NCBI GenBank assembly: GCA_023248155.1
Contig: JAHFFE010000004.1
Location: forward strand, 4,248-68,247
Length of the DNA: 64,000 bases
Direction: 5' to 3'
DNA from: Candidatus Omnitrophota bacterium
GTDB taxonomy: Bacteria; Omnitrophota; Gorgyraeia; 1-14-0-20-64-10
In this document: positions 1 through 12,100 of the stretch, piece after piece
How positions within the stretch are numbered: position 1 is the stretch's first letter
Layout of the letters: each line of letters begins with the position of its first letter
Made by a program: the position numbers and the translations under genes
Notes under the pieces: model-generated
The model's database searches: none
Told to the model about the DNA's origin: nothing
Seen by the model: only the letters and a program-made list of their open reading frames with translations

Positions 1-2
1 CG

Positions 3-3000
3 GACAGCGGCGCGGATCCGGCTTTTGTGATCGGCTATGATGCCGCCGGCCGTCCGGAATCCGTTACGCTCAACCGCTACGAGTTTGTACCGGCTGAGTA
101 TCGTTATGTGCTGCGTCAAAACTCAGTTTTCTCGGTGCAAGGTTCGGAAGGCGCCGACTTGGGTAATGTACCGCTGGCCAATCGCCGCTATCCGCTGCTG
201 GTTCCGTTGATCGTCAACGACACGCTGGCCGCCATTAATGAATTTGATAATACCGGACGCCGTACCCTGACGCATAATTTTACGCTCGATACGACCTCAG
301 GCGGAACATGGGCGGTCAAGCGCAGCGGCCATACGGAATATTTTTATCAGGCCGACAATACCTCGACGGATGAGGATGAGAGTTTCCGTCTGTTGATGAC
401 ACGGCAGCGGCTGGGCGATAACGCCAATCCCGCGCTGAACCGCCTGGGGACGGATACGGTTTTCGGCAAAGACGGCACGCACGGCATTTATTCGATTGCC
501 TATGACGCGGCCGGCGCTGCGGAAGCGCTGAGCATTTTACGCTACCCGGCGGCCGTGGATAATCCCAACACGCCGCAGAATGAAACGCAGGCGGCTTCGC
601 AAGTGTGGCAGTATCAAATTGAAGGCGCTCCGGACAATCCGATTGTCTGCGTCGGCACGACCTGCACAGCGCCCAATTATGCGCTGGTTGAAGACGCGCT
701 CGGCGGCGTCAAAATCGCGGGCGATGACCGGCTGTTCCGCAAGACGGTCAATAACGCCGCCGGCACGGAAGCGCTCTACAATCTCGATTACGACAGTTCC
801 TTTGGCGCCGGCAACGAGAAAATAGTCTCCATGAGTGTCCTTCGTTATGGCGAGCAAACGGTTGCCGGAACGGTCACGCAGACCATTCCCGCGGCCGGCA
901 CCACGGCGGCCGTGACCCAAAATAACGCGGCTGTGACAGGCGGCATCAAGCGCCGGATGAATACCGAGACCTGGATCTATGACGCCATCGACAGACTTAC
1001 CGGAATTGCCCAGCCTGATCCTGTAGCCGAAGAGCCGCTGGGCGGCCGCAAGCTGGACGGTAATGATGTCTTGGCGCGCAAGGTTTTCAATGACAAAGTC
1101 TTTGGCCGCGTCAGCTATGAGATCGGCTATGATGCCGATACCGGCAAAGCCGTGCTTTTGACGCACAACCATTACGCGCTTGCGGATGACGCGGCGACCG
1201 CTGCGATCGATGAGCGGCTGGTGCGCATGTCCAGCGCCGAATACGTTATTACGGATGATAGCCAGCCTGTCGTGCTAGTTCCGGGTGCGCCTCTTATTCC
1301 GACCGGACTGCCTCCGGGCGTGACACAACCGCTGCCGGAGCGTGTCAGCGGCGCAGTTTTCCTCAGCCGTTGGATGGAGTTCGACGACCGCGGCCGCACC
1401 AAGGCCTTTACCACCTTTGCCCGGGACTCGGACCAAAACGATCCTAAGGCGGTCTTCTACTCGGTGTTTGATTATGCCAGCTATAATCCCGCGGATCGCG
1501 TGACCTTCGGTATGAACAGCACAATTCACCAATACAAGGTCAAAGACCAGGCCGATGGATTGGCGGCTGGCACACCGTATCAAAAAATTGCCGGCGACGA
1601 TGAGCTAATCTCCAAAACCGAACTCGATACCACGCCGGGCAACGGCAACGATGAACTCAAAACGTTTACTTACGAAGACCAGGCGGGTACGCCGGTTGTT
1701 GTTACGCGCACGGATTATGAATATAACCTGGACAGTGCCTCCCATCGCCTGTCGCTTAAATCTGCGAAGACGTACCGGATGTTCGGCGCAGCCCAAGTTC
1801 TTTTCCAAAAGACCGAATATGTGGGCGCGCAGCGCCGCCGTGAAAAAGTGAACCGGGTGATTACGTATCGTGCCGATGGTGTCACGGTCAGCCACACATC
1901 CATGTACTCCTATAACCTTGATGGAACACTGAGCAAGGTGACGGAATATTATCCGGACGGCACGCTGCGGTCCGAAACACAATACAAACAAGTCGGCATT
2001 CAATCTTTGGTTTCCAGGCAGATCCGCTATCGCCTGGATGGTTTTGTGGACGTTGCCTCCGATTATGAATATGAAGGCACGGCCATCCGCAAGATCATCC
2101 AGCGTGACCGCATGGGCCGCATTCTGGCCATCGGAGTCTATGAAGGTTTGGCCGAAGACGAATTGCAGAAAACCCAGACCACCTACGGCCTCGACGGGCA
2201 GGTCAGCGAGATTACGACCTTTTTTTATGACGTCGATAAGGTGCTGATCCGCACCGAAGCCGAATCCGTGACCGGAGTGATTACGACATCCACCTTTGAA
2301 GGTGAACGCCGGCATGAACGCGTCAAGGAAGTCAAGGTCCAGCAGAAAGATTCCATGGGCATGGTGAGTGACGAGACGCTGACCAAGTATATTTACAAGA
2401 CGACAGACAACTCCGGCAATCCGATCCCGTTTGATCTGCAGATGCTGGAGCGGACCGAGACCCGTAACCTTAAATCAACGATTACCACGCTGGCGGGCCC
2501 GATCAATCCTTTGATGCAGATCCAATACTTTACCGGCGCGCGCGGCGAAGAAGTGCTGGATTACGTGAAGCATTTCAGCGTGGATGATGCGGGCCGTGAA
2601 CAGCTTGTCGCCATGGATTTAAAACTTTATCGCAGCCGGAATAACCCGTTCCAAGTCAGCGGCCTAAACTACGGCCTGGATGCCAATCTGGCTTATGACC
2701 GCGCAGCAGATGCGGACTTCCAGGCGCCGCTTGTGGCGGAGTTGAGTTTCGCCTACCGCAATAAGCCTGTGCCGCCCGCAGGCCAGTTTCCGGATCAGCT
2801 TGTGCCGCTGACGCTCGTGGTCTACGACATTGCGCAGGGCCAGCCGCGCCGCCGTCTGGTTAGAAACTTTTATGAAGTCACGGCGGCTCCGATGAATGTT
2901 ACGAACTTCCTGGGCTTTGCCAACGTAAGCGCGGCCAATCTCGGCGAACCGATTACGACTGCGGAGTATACGTATGTCGAGGATGCGCTGAACAAAGTTG

Positions 3001-3130
3001 TGACCTTTGACAAAGCCACGCTGGATGTGCGATCCGTCACGCTTTATTCGGGCTTGCCCGGCAAGGAACGCATCACGTCGGTGACGACTTACAAGCTGCC
3101 GGATTCCAGTTCGGCCACGCATGATTTCCG
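3..3130 (+). other. YD/RHS-like beta-strand repeat region of the giant protein
   Basis: Tyr/Thr-rich hairpins such as IGYDAAGR, WIYDAIDRL, YSYNLDGTLSKVTEYYPDGTLRSETQY, TTYGLDGQVSEITTFFYD, plus a recurring [YF]xGxxxxE motif. Confidence 0.6.
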
Positions 3131-6100
3131 CACGCGTATGCTGGCCGATATCAATCACGACGGCATTGTAAACAATTACGACGTTTATTTGCTGCAGCAG
3201 TCGATCAACGTGCTGGGTTTTGGGATTCCGGCCTCCGGTACCGGCGTGGCCGTGGGCTTGCGTGATCTGAACGGCGACGGCCGCGTGGATGCCCAGGACG
3301 CCCAGGCGCTGGAACAGGCGGTCAATGCTTTGCGCAGTGTTTCTACCACCAATCTATCGGCACTGCTTTCCGGCGCCGTCATGCAAGTGGATGCCAACGG
3401 CGATGGCGTCGTCGACCAGGCGGAATTAAATGCTTATGGCACAGCGGTACGCAATTATGTAGACGTGGATTTCAGCGGCAGTGTGGGGGCGGGGGATATT
3501 CAAATGATCCAGCGCGCCATGCTGGCCCTGTCGAATTTCGATTCCGACGGCGACAGCGTCAGCGATCTGGCCGAAACCTTTGCCGGCACGGATCCACTCA
3601 GCCCGGTCAGCGGCCCGGATACGGATGGGGACACGATCCCGGATACGGTTGAAATGTCGCTTGGTTCTAACCCGTATGACAGCGCGGATACGCCCGCGAC
3701 CATGATCGATTCGGACCGCGACAGCCGCAGTGACGCCTATGAAAATGCGGCACATACGGACCCCAACGACGCGTTGGAATATCCGGGCAATGCGATTGAT
3801 TCCGATTTTGACGGCTATTCCGATAATGTGGAAACGCGTTATGCGCATACAAGTCCGCGCGATAACTCGGATTTCCCCGGAACCAGCGTCGATACGGACG
3901 GCGACGGCTATAGCGATTCTTATGAACGTCTGACCGGAACGCGTTTTGACGCGGGCGGGGCAAGTGATAATCTGGGCTCGGCAAGTTATCGTGATCAAGA
4001 TGTGGACGGCTTCAGCGATCTTTATGAAAAATTCAGGGGCACGGATTTCAAAGATGCCCGGGATACGCCTGAAGTTTCGACCGACACGGATGCCGACGGC
4101 ATCAGCGACGCTTTTGAATTAAGACTGGGCTCGAATCCGTTCAACGCTTCCGACCTGCCCAATGCGGCCTGGACCGGACCTGCGATCGATGCGGATTCCG
4201 ACGGTCTCAGTGACGCCCTCGAATTATTTGCCGGCTCCAATCCCTTTGATTCGCGGGATATTCCGGATTTGGCGACTTACCGGCCGGTACGGGATACGGA
4301 TCTGGACGGCGTAAGCGACAGCCTTGAACTTCACTATCACGTGAATCCCTATGATGCGTTGGACACGCTCAACTCCGCACGCACGGGGATGGCCAATCCC
4401 GCATTGCAGGATCCGGACGGAGATTTGTTATCCAGCAGTCTTGAACTTTTTATCGGGATCAACCCCAATGATTCCGCGGATCAAGCTGCGGGTGATTTGT
4501 GGGTGCTGGGGATGTCCGGCGCCGGGGTGATCCAATACACGTTAGAAAGCGCGGAAGGTCAATCCATCTATGATCTGTATCGCACGATTCTCGGCCGCGA
4601 TCCCAAAAAAGGCGAGTTGATCCGCGATCTTGTCGATCTCCAGTCCGGTAAAATCACTTTGGAAAGCTTGAAAACGCAGATGCTCTCCTCGGAAGAATAT
4701 GCCGAAACGCGCAGTCTGATGGCACGTGTTACCCACGCGGTCAGCGAAACCCTGCAGGCCTATACGGGCATGCAGCGCGCCGAACAGATTGCTTTTGCGG
4801 CCGGCTTCGGCATTTCTGCCGCCATGGCCGCCAGCCTGAATTTAGATTCGGTTTCTGCGATTGTCAGTTACCTGACGCAGCAAAGCCTGCACTTTGGCGT
4901 CAGCGCGTTTACGGCACTGACATTCATGTTTGAAAAACACGGCGCTGAGGAGTTGGCCTATGACGAATTGGCGCGCCGTGCGCTGCTGACGGATATTTTG
5001 GCCGGCGTCCTTAGGCCCGAAACCCAGGGCGAATTGGTCTTGTCCGCGTTTGCCCTTCAAAAAATAGCCGAACAGGCGGGCTTGAAACTGGCCGGACGGC
5101 AGGCGGCGTTTGAAGACCTTTCGCGATTTAACCTGCCGGCCATCATTCATTTGGACGGCGATCACTTTGCGGTGCTTGAGACTGTGAACGGCGAAACGGT
5201 AGCCATCCGTGAATATACCGGCGATTTGTTTGAACTTTCCAAAACTGAATTCCGCAAGCATTGGGATGGTTTCATCATGGCTCCGCAGAGTGCCTCTGAA
5301 CAAGGCCTGTTGGATGACGCAGCGCTCAAGCTGATCCGCGGGGCGGACATGGTTTTCCGTCTCTATCCTATGACGGATGCCGATGGCGACGGACTTAGCG
5401 ACAGCCTGGAAACCGCGTTGAAAGCGGCAGGCTATGACGTCGATCCCAACCGCGCGGATAATAAAAATATCATTGATTTTGATTTGGACGGTGACGGCGT
5501 TTCAGACCGCGATGAATTGCAGCTGGGAACCAACCCGCATGACGCCGCGGACAAACCCAAGGCCGATCTTTCCGGCCCCGAAACCGACGCCGATGGCGAC
5601 GGCTTCAGCGATAAACTCGAACTAGCGCTTGGAACCAGCCCGTCGCAGGCAGCGGATAAACCCAATGCCTCCAGGACACGGCCCGCCGTCGATCAGGATG
5701 CCGACGGCACAAGCGATATCCGCGAATTGGAACTGGGAACCGATCCGGCCGACGCGTTCAGCCGGCCGTCAATGGACAGTGACGGCGACGGCAGCAGCGA
5801 TGCGGCAGAAAAGACAGCCGGAACCAATGTCTATGACCCGGCAGATTTTACGGGCAGTAGTTCGTGGAGGGATTCGGACGGCGACGGTATTTCTGATTCG
5901 CGTGAAAAACTGGAAGGCACCGGCCCGAATGACGGGGCGGATTATACCGGCGGTCCGAATACGCGTGATTCTGACAATGACGGCTTCAGCGACCGCTATG
6001 AAGCCGCGCAGGGAACCGATCCGACTGAACGCAAAGATACGCCGCGTTTTAAGGTCGATAGTGATCAGGACGGGATCAGCGATTTGCGCGAAAAGAAACT

Positions 6101-9100
6101 GGGCACGAACTGGCTTGACCAGGCCGATCTGCCTGGGAGCGCCATCGATACGGACGGCGACGGCGCTAGTGACAGCCAGGAAAAATTACTACACACCAGT
6201 TACACCGATGCGGCGGACGCGCCGGCCACCAAGGTGGATGCGGACGGCGACGGCTGGAGCGATACGCTGGAAATGCGCCTTGGCACAGACCCGTTCAAAG
6301 CGCTGCAGAATCCGGGCATGGATTCTGACGGAGACGGGATCACGGATCTGGACGAGCGCCGCCTTGGTTCGAATATGTACAGCTCAAGAGAACAGCCGGG
6401 TAATTTTACCGACACTGATTTTGACGGCCGGAGCGATACGCTTGAAATGCTGGATGGCACCAATCCCGAGGACGCTGCGGATTATAAGGGCGCGCCGGGT
6501 TACGCGGATACGGACCGCGATGGCACCAGCGATGCGTATGAAATATTCCTAGGTCTCGACCCGAAGAATCCCTCTTCCAATCTGCGCACGGATACGGACA
6601 AAGACGGCATCCCGGATGTTGTGGAGAAAAAACTGGGTGTGGATAAAGACACCGACGGTGACGGGCTTAAGGATTGGGATGATCCGGATTCCGACAACGA
6701 TGGTTTCTCCGATGGGTACGAAGTCAGAGCCAATACCGATCCGCGCTCGGCGGGCTCTAAACCGCAGCGTCCCGCACTCTCGTCGGAAGCTGGCTGGGCC
6801 ATCCAAAGAGCAAGTCTTATTGCCGGTGGAAGTTTAGGGTATGCCGTCAATCTGAGCGCAATGCTGTATGCGGCCCTGGAAGAAACCCCGGTACAGGCCC
6901 AAATGCTTGCCGCGATTGTAGCCGTCCGCTCTCTTGAGGCCATGACAGCGCTGCTGGAAGGGGAGAGGAATTTCCTTGTGCCGGCCGACAAAGACGCGGT
7001 GGCGCAGATCATCTTACGTTTAACAGATTTGAAAGAGCCGGGTATGGCTGCCAGCATTGCGGTCCAAGCCCAAGACCTTGCGCGAGGCTTTATCAACCGT
7101 TATCAGCTGATGGGCTATCCGGCACCTGAGACCATAGCTAGGGCCGCGGATACCGTGATTTTAATGTATGCGCTTACGGTAGAAATCGACCCCCCTCTTG
7201 CAGCGACGGAGGCGGCCATTGCCAAAGCCAGGGAAGCGGCCTTTAATTTGGCGGAATTGATTCCGGGTTTTGACGCAAAAATGATCGAAGCGCAGTTTGA
7301 AAAACTGGCAAAGATCCGTGCGGATGCAATTGCAGCGGCAGCCGCGATGCAAGCGCTCTTAGCAGGTTTAGCGCAATCCCTGACAGTAAAAATTCAACCA
7401 GGCTCCGATGCCACGGAAGCGGTGGTCGCTGAGGCTAAAGAACTTGTCGCCGATTTGGCAAAATTGATTCCGGGTTTTGATGTGGAAAGAATCGAAATTG
7501 AGTTTGACAATTTAGAAGAAGCCCGCGCGAATGCTGCAAGCAATCCGGCAGCGGCCGCGGCCGCGTCGTCCCGCATTGAAACGCTGTTATCCGATATCAC
7601 GCAAGCCCTGACCAAAGAAATTAAACCCGGTTCAGATGCGACGGAAACAGTCATTGCCAAAGCCAAAGAAGCTGTTTTAGATTTGGCGGAATTGATTCCG
7701 AATGCTCCGACGGAAAACATCGAAGCCCAGTTTAAAAAGCTGGCAACGGTCCGTAAAGATGCCATGGCTGCCGCCGCTGCCGCCGGGACCCTGCAATCCG
7801 ATATTTCAACGGCCGGCAGCCCGAATGCTGTAACCGCCAAAGGCGCGGCGCTGGCCGCCCAGCTTACTGCGGAAATTTCCACGGCGGATACCGTGTCCGA
7901 ACAGGCGCCGGTGACGGCGGCGGTAATCGCGGCTTCGTCCTTGCAGACGCTGGCAGCCATTCTCAGTGCCGAGAGTATGCCGCAGGTTGTCCGTGATCGG
8001 GCCGGCGAGGCGCTTGTGCGCGCAGCCCAAATTGCATCTTCGGCGCAAGCAGCTTCGGCCGTGGCTAGCGCCAAAGAAGCGGCGGATTTGGCTCAAAGCC
8101 TGTTGTCCCAAGCGCGGGATTTGGATGCGGCTGTACCCGCGGCGGCCGCTGTCGCAGCCGATACGGCGGTTTTGGCGCAGGCTCTAGCCCAAGAACTTCA
8201 GCCCGGAAACCCTGCGAGCAAAGCGGCCATTGCAGCCGCCGCGCAAATCACAGCCTATTTAACCCAACTGACGCCCGGCTTCAGCGAGGACAGCGCGGCA
8301 ACGCTGCTGCAAAATCTTTCAGACGGAATGAGTTCGGGAATTACAACATTTGAGACCAAAGCCGCGCTGGCGGCCAAGGCTGTCAGCCTGGCGGCTGAGT
8401 TGGCTGAATCTCTGTCCACGCAGAGCCAGACAGCCGCAGTGATTGCGGCCCAAGCAGCAACTCAGGCCGTGGTTTCACTGGCTTTGGCGGCCGAGGAACT
8501 TTCCGCGGCCGGCCTGCCGGAAACCGTAAAATCCGCAGCGAACGCCGCCGCGTCGCGGGCTGCGGCGTTAGGCGCAAGTCTGGCCGGATCTTCAGTGACG
8601 GCCGAACGAGCTTCGGCCGCGGCGGAAGAAGCCGGTGCGCTGATTACAAATCTGGCGGCGCTTGTGGATGAAAATACGGGGTCTGTGCCGCCGGCCGTTC
8701 TGCGGGCGGTGCATGCGGCCGAATTGTCACAAGAGTTGATCGAGGCCGCCGTCCAGGATCGTATGGAGAATACCGCAGGCCTGGCGGCAGAAATCGCCTT
8801 GAATATGACGGCCTCTGCGCCGGGATTTGCGCCTGCCGGGATTGTTGAAGCCATGAACCGGCTGGTTCTTTCCGTGGTGGACGATCAGGATGGAGACGGC
8901 GTCAGTGATGCGCAGGAAACTGAACTTGGCTTGGATCCGCTTAAAGCCGACACGGACGGCGATGGCTTTGGCGACGGCGAGGAATTGTCGTTGGGTACGG
9001 ACGGCCGGGATAGTTCGAGCAGCGCGCGCGATTATGGCCGCTTCCAGTTGACGCCGCAATCGCTTGCGATTGCGGATATCGACGACAACGGCCTTGTCGA

Positions 9101-12100
9101 TCAGGCCGATTTTGCCATCCTGCATAATTTATTAACGAACTTCATCGACATCGACCGTTCCGGCACGCTGGATGAAGGTGATATTCAGCGCGAAAATGAG
9201 ATTGCGCGTTTCTTCAGCCTGGCCGCCAGCCAGCAGCAGCTCGACCGTGCCAATGTCAATGGTGATGATGTTGTTGACGACAAAGACATCGAGGCGATGG
9301 AGGCGGTCCTTAAGTATTACAAAGATGTCAGCGGCGACGGGGTGGTGAGTATGGAAGATGTTGCGATTCTGGACCGTTTGAGATCCCTAGCGGTGCCGAT
9401 CACGCCGGCCGAAGCCCGCAAAGCCGATGTTAACGGGGACGGCGTGATCAACCGGGACGATCTGGAGATGATTGAAGATATCCGCAAACGGCTGGTGGAC
9501 ATGAATGACGACGGCAAGGTGGATTCAACGGATATCGAGCGTTTCCGTGAAGTTCTCGAAGCCTGGAAATTAAAAGTGACGTCGCAGGAGCGCAGTCTGG
9601 CTGATTACAACAAGGATGGCGTCGTGGACGCGTTTGACCGTTTCGCACTGCTGAATGACCTTAAGCTAATGCAGGATGTCAACGGTGACGGCAGTATCGA
9701 CGGCATTGACATTCGCCGCATTGAAATGCTGGTCGGAACGGACAAACAATTTCAGGACATTACCGTGGCCATGGTCAACCGTTCCGACTTCAATGCCAGC
9801 GGCCTGATTGAGGTCGAGGATTACAATGCCATCCGCGATGCTTTCGAGCATACGGTCAATATTGACGGCAATGCCAGCGTGGATGCGGCCGACCTTGAGC
9901 GCCTGAAACTGATCATCACCTATGTCCGGGACGGCGTAGACCCGGAAGAATTGGTGCGCGCCGACGTCTTTCATGACGACCAACTCACCAAGGCGGATTA
10001 CGAGCACTGGAAGATCGCTTATGACACGCTCTATGGCCCAGGCGCCAAGCCTTTGGCGGATTTTGACGGCGATGGCAAGGTGACAAGTTTCGATCTTAAC
10101 CTTTTATCGAATCTGACGGCGCGCAATGCCGATCAGCAGCTTTTGCGTGACGCCATCCGCGCGGATGTCAACGGCACGCGCCTGATTGATCCGGCGGATT
10201 ACCGTTTGGTCAAAGACAACGTGGACACGCTGATTGACGTGGACGGCAGCGGCAAGACCACGAGCGCGGATCTTGACCGCATCGTCAAGATCATGGATCT
10301 GAATGACAACGCGCTCAGTTTCAGTGCAGAGACCGTGCGCCGCGCCGATCTGGACCGCGACGGGACGGTCAGTCCCGCCGACAGTAAGGCCTTCAAAGAC
10401 GCGCTTCTGCTGCTGTATTCGGGCTGGGGGCAGCCGAAGATTGATCTTAACGGCATTGATGTGAACCGCGACGGCATTTATGAACGGACCGGCGACCACA
10501 AAATCGATATCCTGGACATTCAGGAAATGGACAATATCCGCGATTTCCTTGAGTTCAAGACCGAGACGGATGCCGGGCCGCTGGAAAATTACGACGTGGA
10601 CGGAAACGGCACGGTCAATGATGCGGACCGCGATGAAATCGTGCGTAATCTGGAGCGGCTCAAGGACCTCAACCATGACCGCGTCATTAACCTCAAGGAT
10701 AAAGAGCGCCACGAATTGATCATTCACAACATTGCCGACGGTTATGTGGATCTGAAGTATTTTTATACGACGTCCGATGAACTCCTGCGTGCCAATCTAG
10801 AAGGCAATGACAATGATATTGACCAGAATGACTATGAGGCCCTGCGCGCGGGCGTGAATAGTTTCTCGACGGAATCCCGTTTTGACATTGATAACAACGG
10901 CCGGGTGGACCGCGAAGACCTGTACCGCATGAAATTCGTTCTGGAAAATCGCAGCCGCAATCAGCTGGTTAAAGCGTCTTATGTCGTCAAGGCGGATCTC
11001 AACAATGATGGCAAGATTTCGCTGGCGGACCGCACTCTGCTGCAAAATGCCATTCAGACCGGTTCAACACAGACGGCGCTCTATGACATCAACGAAGACG
11101 GCAGTGTGAACCAGGCTGACGGCGATACGCTCTTCCACATCTGGAAATACCTGGATTCTCGCGATCTGGTCAACGCTGACGTCAATCATGACGGCAAGCT
11201 GACGGATGCAGACGCTAACTTGCTGGAGAGCAAAATTCAGGCTGGCGGAGCGGACCTTCTGTTTGATATCAATGGCGATGACTTGATCAATGGCAATGAC
11301 GTGCTTGCACTGCGCAATATCGCTTCGCGCTGGGCCGTGCCTGGGATTACGCTGGCAGACCTGCGCCTGGCGGACGTAGACCTTGGTGTTGTGACGGGCA
11401 ACGGGCTCTTGGAAAGCGAAGATTTGACCGTGTTTGGCGCGGCCTATGACAAAATCATCCGCCTGGATGTTGACGGCGACGGCGTATTGACCGGCAGCGA
11501 ACTGGTCAAAATCAACGAAGTGCTCGGCGTCGTTCTTGGCCGGCGTGTATTCCCGCAGACGATCATTGATAAGGCCGATGTCAATCGCGACGGCACGGTC
11601 AACTCCGCCGATCAGGACATGACAGATCTTGCGCTCAAGCGGATTGCGGGACTTTATGATCCCGAACTAGAAAATGTGGAGGAGGCTAAAACCAAGATCG
11701 ACCGGATTATCCGTTTCCTGGATCTGCAGGCCGCGGCGGTTCTGCGCACCAAGGCGGATAAAGATCAAAACGGCGTGACCTCCGCCGGGGAATTGAATGA
11801 TCTGGCCGCGAGCCTGACCCTGCAAGGGTATGCCCAGGCGGAAGTCAACCGCATCATGACGGATGTCAATGCCGTACTTACGGATGCGGAGAAAGAACGC
11901 GGGGATATTGACCATGACGACGACGTGGATACGACAGACCGCGACCTTCTGGCCGCAGCTCTGAGCAAGGCCGCGCTCTACGATGTCAACGGCGACACGG
12001 TCAATGATCAGGCCGACGTGACGCGCATGACCGAAATCCTCAATGCCATTGCCGCGGGCATCATTCCCGATTATGTCTTCAACGGCAATCTGAATAAAGA

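Noticed and set aside
4869-5285. Bacteriocin ABC transporter (PCAT) gene
   Set aside because: No transmembrane domain or Walker A/B ATPase follows; the C39-like domain is embedded between Ca2+-binding repeats.
5629-6552. 307-aa + strand ORF and the other short + strand ORFs in frames +1/+2
   Set aside because: Off-frame shadows (Arg/Thr/Ala-rich, 'TATA' patterns from GACGGCGACGGC) overlapping the coherent frame +3 protein.
3540-6770. Regularly spaced GA(C/T)GGCGACGG-like DNA motifs suggesting a CRISPR array or DNA tandem repeat
   Set aside because: The repeats are degenerate at synonymous positions and keep frame; they encode DxDGDG protein motifs. There are no identical direct repeats with unique spacers and no cas genes.
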